From Bacteroidota bacterium (lineage in GTDB: Bacteria; Bacteroidota; Bacteroidia; JAADEI01), in assembly GCA_026992635.1 (NCBI GenBank), contig JALWYU010000108.1:28072-92071 (forward strand): a stretch of 64,000 bases of DNA, given 5' to 3'. Below are positions 58,601-64,000 of the stretch, piece after piece; the first letter of the stretch is position 1; each line of letters starts with the position of its first letter. A program made the position numbers and the translations under genes. The notes beneath the pieces were generated by a model. The model made no database searches. It saw only the letters and a list, made by a program, of their open reading frames with translations, and was not told the DNA's origin.

Positions 58601-58881
58601 GCGAAATCTTCCAGTTACGCCTCCCACAAAACTGGAAACACAACATCACATTCCAGCAACTGAACACAGTATTCAATCGGGGCATTACCCTGACGTTAAG
58701 CCGAACGCTGGGCACTTCTATCACCACACTCTTGGTTCTTCTGGCACTTTTGATATTTGGCAGTGAGACGGTTCAGGCATTTGCCTTCGCCCTCTTCTTA
58801 GGCGTCCTCACCGGTACGTACTCCTCCATTTTCGTAGCCGGTGCCATCGCCATGGACACCATGAAACGACTGACACGCTGA
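55615..58881 (+). CDS. secDF: protein translocase subunit SecDF (fused SecD-SecF)
   Basis: SecD N-terminal TM segment plus the periplasmic domain (LGLDLRGGISVLLQVD). Twelve TM segments with both SecD and SecF TM bundles. Contains an unusually long Gln/Glu/Pro-rich insert (EEPENPQQEQQQIQQPKEA...TDTDTGAQ). The track ORF starts at 55549. Confidence 0.9.
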   Translation, partial: RMRLRGVVWTIVILLLLVSIFQLSFTVVVRRVERWAQKEAEARFQHLLAEEVLQQFREPVARLQYVDSVQQLIAQYRRHLLDSLRHEVVYNLGIVEYTYLECKEREINLGLDLRGGISVLLQVDIPGLVREMAGARADSVFMHTWEVVAHQFYAGEISDFVSAFCEALTGARPDIRLAQYFASPELQGLLSLSATNDEVCEFLRQETDDALHRTYNILRTRIDRFGVAQPFITLDPINQRILVELPGIDDPYRVRRILETTARLEFWETYPVGEFQPYLIDAIEVIDEIWGQKQKGTADSDTATATPSLSLEEFFQEEPENPQQEQQQIQQPKEATLDNLDEPAKSPDHPPADSPGQSPQPATTDTDTGAQALLQALHAAAGATGEEEPASQVTSVLLQYFIPAQPQQADDPTPIIGYASGRDTARVRQMLTDPRVRSIFPATATFAWSAKPVDEERDLFALYALRSRTVPPEPALTGEVVVDARVDFDPVRATPLVSLTMNTEGARRWRTLTAENIGRCIAIVLDGRVYSAPVVQEEIPGGRSQIQGDFTIREAQDLAMVLETGRLPVRVRVLQEGIVGATLGKEAIQQSLLALLLGVVLVVMLIIGYYRVPGLLTVGILLLNLFLIVGILASLGATITLPGLAGLILTVGMAVDASIIIYERIKEELLKEGKGFALAIRDGFRQSRFAIADANITTLVAGLILLWVGIGPIRGFAVVLITGILTTILTAVFLAYAIFTRWIEKKREKWLQFGWEGLTRRLATATYPWMGKRRLFYLISGGLIALSLLGIILQGFRIGVEFTGGYDIVVRFEQPVSVEEVRQALTQDWDVSLLVRSFGAANQVKITMQAWVPPTQEAGTPSAASDSLLLYAIYQRLQPILGEGIPFEAFREHYVMSFHHIGPAFARDLRESAIWASILGLLFMFLYIAIRFRRWEFGLGAVAALIHDVLLVLGAYALLHPLMPFALEVNQVFIGALLTIIGYSINDTVVVFDRIREIFQLRLPQNWKHNITFQQLNTVFNRGITLTLSRTLGTSITTLLVLLALLIFGSETVQAFAFALFLGVLTGTYSSIFVAGAIAMDTMKRLTR

Positions 58882-58882
58882 C

Positions 58883-59974
58883 ATGGGCCGTTCTTCGCCT
58901 TCAACCGTGCGCATAGGCATTGTAGGCGTTGGAAAACTGGGCACCTACCATCTTAAAAACCTGCTCACACTCCAGAAAGAAGACCAAAGAGTTCGCCTCC
59001 AGGGATTCTACGACATCAACGAAGACCAGGCACGATCCATTGAAGAACACTTTGGCGTGCGCCGGTACGAATCCTGGGAACGACTCTTTGACGAAGTGGA
59101 CGCCATCGTGATTGCCTCACCCACCACAACCCACGCCTTCTACGCACGCGAAGCCCTCAAACGTGGACTCCACACCTTTGTAGAAAAGCCCCTGTGCACA
59201 GACCTGGAAGAAGCTCGCGAACTGGTGCGCCTGGCACAAAACGCCAAGGTCGTAACCCAGGTAGGCTACGTAGAACGGTTCAATCCTGCGTATCGGACTG
59301 GCTGTCTCTTCCTGAAACGCCAGCGCGCATTGTTCATTCAGGCGGAGCGCTGGGCACCCTATACTGTTCGGGGCGCCGATGTCCCTGTCGTTCTGGATTT
59401 GATGACGCACGACCTGGATTTGCTCTTAGCAACGATTCCCCATTCCTTAGTAGAGGTTGCCGCCCAGGGCGTCCAGGTCTTAGGAGAGGGCATTGACTTA
59501 GTATACGCCACCCTGCACTTTGAACATGGTGTGATGGCATGGCTGTCCGCCAGCCGAATCGCACCTGTCCGACGCCGATACTTTCAGGTGTACACGCCAG
59601 AAGGACTGATTCACATGAACCTGCTCACGGCACGTACACGCCTCCTCCGACTGACCTCCTTAGAGCCCGGATCACTTCCCACCGACGAACACCTCTCTAT
59701 CCTGCAGGTCCGCGAAGAAAAGACTTTGATGCGCCGCTCACCACAACAAGCCATCACGCTCTATCAGTACACCTTCTACCCTGCACGGGGCAACGCCCTC
59801 TACGAAGAGATGAAAGCATTCATAGAGGCGATCCGGACAGGCAAAGAAAGCCCCGTACCCTTCTGGCATAGCTTACGCGTCCTGGAAATCGCAATGCAAA
59901 TCCTGTATGTGGTAGAAATCAACGCAATGAAGCAAGGTGTGCTACAGGGTGTGCATACCTGGAAACATCCATAA
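58883..59974 (+). CDS. Gfo/Idh/MocA-family NAD(P)-dependent oxidoreductase
   Basis: IGIVGVGKLGTYHLKNL Rossmann motif, EKPL motif, and a C-terminal alpha/beta domain. Confidence 0.85.
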   Translation: MGRSSPSTVRIGIVGVGKLGTYHLKNLLTLQKEDQRVRLQGFYDINEDQARSIEEHFGVRRYESWERLFDEVDAIVIASPTTTHAFYAREALKRGLHTFVEKPLCTDLEEARELVRLAQNAKVVTQVGYVERFNPAYRTGCLFLKRQRALFIQAERWAPYTVRGADVPVVLDLMTHDLDLLLATIPHSLVEVAAQGVQVLGEGIDLVYATLHFEHGVMAWLSASRIAPVRRRYFQVYTPEGLIHMNLLTARTRLLRLTSLEPGSLPTDEHLSILQVREEKTLMRRSPQQAITLYQYTFYPARGNALYEEMKAFIEAIRTGKESPVPFWHSLRVLEIAMQILYVVEINAMKQGVLQGVHTWKHP

Positions 59975-59996
59975 CCAGTGGAATACGAAGGGGTTG

Positions 59997-60707
59997 TTAC
60001 AGGTTACCCAGCCGAATACTGAACGTCAACCCATAGGGTTCATAACGGGGTGTGTCCCCTTCAATCTGATGGTTGGGCATTGTCCACGTAGTCCGGTACG
60101 TGGTTGCAAACCCCAGCACAAAGCCTATGACAAAACCCGAACGACTCCGATAAGTAATGAGCAGGCTCCCTTCCAGATATTGATGGGTCAGTGCCAGCAA
60201 ACTGGCATTGGCATGCTGAAGCAAATAGGGGGTAAAGGCAACAGTTTGCGGGAGCGAGTCGGCAGATTGCGAAAGGGCGACGCGCAATTGCCAGAGCTGG
60301 ATACCAAAGGCAATTCCTGGCGAAACCGTCCAGGCACCACGCGTCAGTACAGCATAACGGATGGCGCCTTGCCAGAACCACCCATTGCTTTGAATCCGTG
60401 GTGAGCCCGGCATCGCAAAGGCAAAACCTGTGGTAATGTCCACACTGAGGGCACGCCACCCCACCTGAAGACCCACTTCCCCACCCGGATGCATCGCTGG
60501 AATACCCCGGAATAGACCAATTTGTGTCAGTGCCTGGTTGAGGTCTGTCACACGAAACGCCCTCACTGTAGAGCCCAGATAAAGCCACGCACGAAGCGAA
60601 GTATCCGAAGAGGGGGACGAACCCCGGGTATCCTGTGCCCAAATTGAAATCTCACCACCCCAAAGCACAAGAACAGTGAAAACCAGGCAAAAAAACTGCC
60701 TGAACAT
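59997..60707 (-). CDS. hypothetical outer-membrane beta-barrel-like protein
   Basis: Signal peptide (FFCLVFTVLVLWGGEISIWAQD) and alternating aromatic/Gly beta-strand pattern. Confidence 0.45.
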   Translation of the reverse strand: MFRQFFCLVFTVLVLWGGEISIWAQDTRGSSPSSDTSLRAWLYLGSTVRAFRVTDLNQALTQIGLFRGIPAMHPGGEVGLQVGWRALSVDITTGFAFAMPGSPRIQSNGWFWQGAIRYAVLTRGAWTVSPGIAFGIQLWQLRVALSQSADSLPQTVAFTPYLLQHANASLLALTHQYLEGSLLITYRSRSGFVIGFVLGFATTYRTTWTMPNHQIEGDTPRYEPYGLTFSIRLGNL

Positions 60708-60832
60708 GAGTAAGGCAATTTTCGTTACGAAGTGCCCTCACCCGGAAAAATTCCATGACAAAAACCGAACAGGCATGTGCCCGCGTCAAAGGCGGCGATT
60801 GTGTCTGTTCTGAAAAGTACCCACCCCTATTA

Positions 60833-61399
60833 TTAAGAACGCATTGCCTGACCAAAAAGTTCCCCCAAATTCCACATGAGGAGGTTTTTTCCGCGCTTCG
60901 TTAAGATGCGCACGGGCAACGTCCGGACAACAGGTGGGATACCCGCCTGAGGCACCTGATCAAGCGTACAGGCAAAGCCTGCCAGCACCGACCAGAACCG
61001 ATCCACCAGCCCTACACATGCAGATGGGTGCTTATCCAGCCAGCGCGTAAGCCATACATCCCAGACTGGCGGAAGTAAAACCGGTGCACCCAAAACCAGC
61101 ACAAATGGATGACGAACACTGCGATACATCGCTGAAAGCGCCCGCCAGCAACCCCAGCGCACCTGAAATGGCAAGCGCTTCTCCACAGAATTGCCCACTC
61201 CTGAAAAAGACGTACAGGGCAGATTACAGGGAATCAGCACTTCATGCACACCACACACCGTTGCACTCAACCGGATAAGCCACCGAGAAAGAACGCGCAA
61301 AGAAAAAGGTGGGCTGCCCGCCAGCAAAAGAATGGAAAAAGGTCGCGTTTCCAGAATGCCTGCACGCTCTATGCGCCCGCCATGAAATGCACCACCCAT
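60833..61399 (-). CDS. hypothetical protein
   Basis: 188-aa ORF with no recognisable motif. Codon usage is consistent with neighbouring genes. Confidence 0.3.
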   Translation of the reverse strand: MGGAFHGGRIERAGILETRPFSILLLAGSPPFSLRVLSRWLIRLSATVCGVHEVLIPCNLPCTSFSGVGNSVEKRLPFQVRWGCWRALSAMYRSVRHPFVLVLGAPVLLPPVWDVWLTRWLDKHPSACVGLVDRFWSVLAGFACTLDQVPQAGIPPVVRTLPVRILTKRGKNLLMWNLGELFGQAMRS

Positions 61400-61512
61400 T
61401 TCGCATTTAATTCACTGGAAATCTGAAATTTGCATCTACGTACTGAAATTGCCCCCCGGAGAAATTTGTGTAGGGTTCCTGGCGTAAGTTATTCCCAAAA
61501 AGGAAGAGGGAA

Positions 61513-62379
61513 TTGATGGACAGACCATCCAGCGAACTGCCCACACCCCAAAAGACAACTGCCCAAGAAACCCAGCCAGACAGCATGGATGACAGTTCAC
61601 GGTCCATCCTCTCCGATACGGACTTTGAAGCGATTTTCACGCTGGACCAGGTCTACGCCGGCTACTACACAACGGAAGTCCTCCACAATATCACCATCCG
61701 GATTCCTAAACAGGCAATCACGGCAGTGATCGGACCTTCAGGCTGCGGAAAAAGCACCTTTCTACGCCTCCTTAACCGAATGAACGACCTCATTGACGGA
61801 TTCTGGGTAGATGGCTCCATCCGTTTCCATGATGTGGACATTTACCGGGGTAAAATGCCCGTTGAGGAGCTGCGCCGACGCGTGGGTATGGTGTTTCAGC
61901 GCCCCAATCCATTTCCCTCATCCATCTTTGACAATGTGGCATTTGGCTTGCGCATTCGGGGTATACGGAGCCGGCGTATCCTCCAGGAAAAAGTGGAATG
62001 GGCACTGCGCGCCGCCGCCCTCTGGGACGAAGTCAAAGACAAACTCAATCAGTCGGCATACTACCTTTCAGGCGGACAGCAACAAAGACTATGTATTGCA
62101 CGGGCACTGGTTACAGAACCGGAAGTCCTCCTGATGGACGAACCCACCAGTGCCCTGGATCCGATCGCCACCACCCGAATTGAACAGCTCATTCGCGAGC
62201 TGGGCACACGCCTCACTATCGTCATCGTTACCCATAACATTCACCAGGCAGGACGCATCTCCGACTATTGCGCCTTTTTCTACATGGGTCGGTTAATTGA
62301 GTTTGCCCGGACGAGCCGATTGATGACTTCACCCCGCCATGAACTCACCGAACGATACATCACCGGAAAAATGGGCTAA
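61513..62379 (+). CDS. pstB: phosphate-import-type ABC ATPase (PstB-like)
   Basis: [20 protein letters not shown] (PstB-characteristic Walker A context), [15 protein letters not shown] and [12 protein letters not shown]. It sits alone, without adjacent pstSCA genes, and has a ~40-aa N-terminal extension. Confidence 0.8.
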   Translation: MMDRPSSELPTPQKTTAQETQPDSMDDSSRSILSDTDFEAIFTLDQVYAGYYTTEVLHNITIRIPKQAITAVIGPSGCGKSTFLRLLNRMNDLIDGFWVDGSIRFHDVDIYRGKMPVEELRRRVGMVFQRPNPFPSSIFDNVAFGLRIRGIRSRRILQEKVEWALRAAALWDEVKDKLNQSAYYLSGGQQQRLCIARALVTEPEVLLMDEPTSALDPIATTRIEQLIRELGTRLTIVIVTHNIHQAGRISDYCAFFYMGRLIEFARTSRLMTSPRHELTERYITGKMG

Positions 62380-62483
62380 CAGAGCAGGGACTCTAAGCAT
62401 TCCGATTGCGCTTTGGAACCTTTTTTAAGCATAACCCGTTCATCTCAGCAGACCATTCAGTAGATGACTCAAATAACCAGAGA

Positions 62484-63621
62484 ATGAGTACCAGCGAAAA
62501 GACACGGCAAATTCCCACTTCTGCCGAAATAGAGCGAGTATTTCAGCGGTTTGAGGCGCTAAATCAGTTTCTTTAACCCGGAAACCCTCCAGAAGGAAAT
62601 CCAGACGTTAGAAGCCCAGACCGAACGCACCGATTTCTGGGCACAGGATCAGAAAGAAATCCAGAAAATTTTCAGTACACTTCGCCAGAAAAAAGGACTT
62701 TATCAGGAATGGGAACGTGTTCGCGAACGCATAGATGCACTGCAGGTTGCATGGGAACTCCATCAGATGGACGAACTCCCCGATCAGGAACTGATTGAAA
62801 CCTACGACGAAGCACTCACCGCAATTCAGAATCTGGAGGTAAAAGCCACACTTACCGGCGAAGAAGACCCCTTAGGTGCGGTGATGACGATCAAGCCCGG
62901 AGCAGGCGGTACAGAAAGCCAGGACTGGGCAGAGATGCTTATGCGTATGTACATTCGGTGGGGTGAGCGCCACGGCTATCGCGTACGCGTCGCACATCTG
63001 CTACCCGGAGAGGTGGCAGGCATCAAGTCCGTCACCCTGATTTTTGAAGGGGATTATGCGTACGGGTACTTGAAAGCGGAGGTGGGCGTGCACCGTCTGG
63101 TTCGGATCTCGCCATTTGACGCCAATCGGCGGCGCCACACGTCTTTTGCCGGTGTGTTCGTCGTACCCTTAGTGGACGACCGTATTGAGATTGAGATCAA
63201 GCCTTCCGATCTGGAGTGGGAAACCTTTCGTTCCAGTGGACCGGGCGGACAACACGTCAATAAAAACGAAACAGCTGTGCGCGTGCGCCATATTCCCACG
63301 GGTATTGTCGTGGAGTGCCAGCAAGAACGATCACAGCATCGCAATCGGGAGATCGCCCTTCAAATCCTGCGTTCACGACTCTATGAACTGGAGCTCCAGA
63401 AACGCCGGGAAAAACAAAAAGAACTGGAAAAGCAAAAGAAAAAAATTGAATGGGGCAATCAAATCCGGAGTTACGTTCTGTATCCGTATCGGCTGGTAAA
63501 AGACCTGCGCACCGGCTATGAAACAACGAATGTAGAAGCAGTTCTGGACGGGGAAATTGACGACTTCATCCGGGCGTACCTCCTGCACGCGAAAAACAGC
63601 GTGCCCGCTCCAAACGCTTAA
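62484..63621 (+). CDS. prfB: peptide chain release factor 2 with programmed +1 ribosomal frameshift at 62571..62577 (CTT TAA C)
   Basis: Frame 0 encodes MSTSEKTRQIPTSAEIERVFQRFEALNQFL and then stop TAA. The +1 frame continues NPETLQKEIQTLEAQTERTDFWAQDQKEIQ... into the RF2 body (SGPGGQHVNK, GGQ motif). This is the classic prfB autoregulatory architecture. The ORF track lists only the 62767..63621 part. Confidence 0.85.
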
Positions 63622-63624
63622 TTG

Positions 63625-64000
63625 GTGCAGAAGGCAGCAGCCAGTCGCAGTCAACCGGCTGACGATCAGGCACGCGCGCCCCTCCTCGTCCTTTCAGGGC
63701 AGGATGTCTACCGGGAGCGTCGTCTGCTCCGCTGGCTATGTAGTTTTTGGCAGTGGGGGTTTGCACCAGTACTCCTTGCCCCGGGAAAGCCTGCGATCCG
63801 TCCAGCCACCCAATTCTTATCGCCTCTGATTGCCAGGCAAATACCTCTGATCCCCAGCGCATTGCACTGGCTTTTTCTGACACAAGCGCGCACCGCAGGA
63901 GGCGCCATCCAGTTTCTCCAGCAAAATATAGAGGTGGGAATCCGCCTGCTGACTCTGAAAGTATTTCGCAAATGGCGAGTGCCCCTTTTTGTAGCGGATC
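63625..64000 (+). CDS. 5' part of a gene running off the window; possibly DNA polymerase III delta-subunit-like (tentative)
   Basis: The frame is open to the window end. ...APLLVLSGQDVYRERRLL... is reminiscent of the HolA N-terminus. The call is weak. Confidence 0.2.
   Translation, partial: MQKAAASRSQPADDQARAPLLVLSGQDVYRERRLLRWLCSFWQWGFAPVLLAPGKPAIRPATQFLSPLIARQIPLIPSALHWLFLTQARTAGGAIQFLQQNIEVGIRLLTLKVFRKWRVPLFVAD

Overview
This is a GC-rich (visibly above 55%) chromosomal segment from a Bacteroidota/Rhodothermota-like bacterium. That assignment rests on several Type IX secretion (T9SS) C-terminal sorting domains, a fused SecDF, TonB-dependent receptors with carboxypeptidase-regulatory N-domains and OmpA. 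Most of the window is housekeeping: lysS, alaS, galE, a frameshifted truB, ribF, lpdA, dcd, rtcB, secDF, pstB, prfB with its programmed +1 frameshift, tRNA-Leu(GAG) and tRNA-Ala(TGC). These are interleaved with secreted and outer-membrane proteins. Several things are not ordinary. (1) Immediately 3' of tRNA-Ala there is a lower-GC tandem array of two diverged ~1.4-kb cassettes. Each starts with a 20-nt direct repeat of the tRNA-Ala 3' end, carries a ~290-bp noncoding leader that is ~88% conserved between copies, and then a translationally coupled gene pair: a ~210-225 aa all-helical protein of unknown function followed by a ~100-135 aa RelE/ParE-like protein. Each cassette ends in a shared ~55-nt motif, and no integrase is present. 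(2) A four-gene minus-strand operon encodes a 1154-aa protein with an N-terminal TM segment, WD40 repeats and a C-terminal caspase-like (peptidase C14) domain, followed by two LPP20-like secreted proteins and a Ser-rich secreted protein. (3) Four head-to-tail, near-identical genes encode retropepsin-like (DSGA) single-domain aspartic proteases and show a mosaic gene-conversion pattern. (4) Two T9SS cargo proteins are built from Cys-rich beta-sandwich repeats, one of them with two CUB domains, and there is a small Kazal-type inhibitor-domain protein. (5) Two very long perfect GC palindromes (31- and 38-bp stems) sit between genes with T-run 5' and A-run 3' flanks, which is not canonical terminator geometry. 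(6) truB is interrupted by a single-nucleotide frameshift in a C6 run, and the prfB recoding site reads CUU UAA C.
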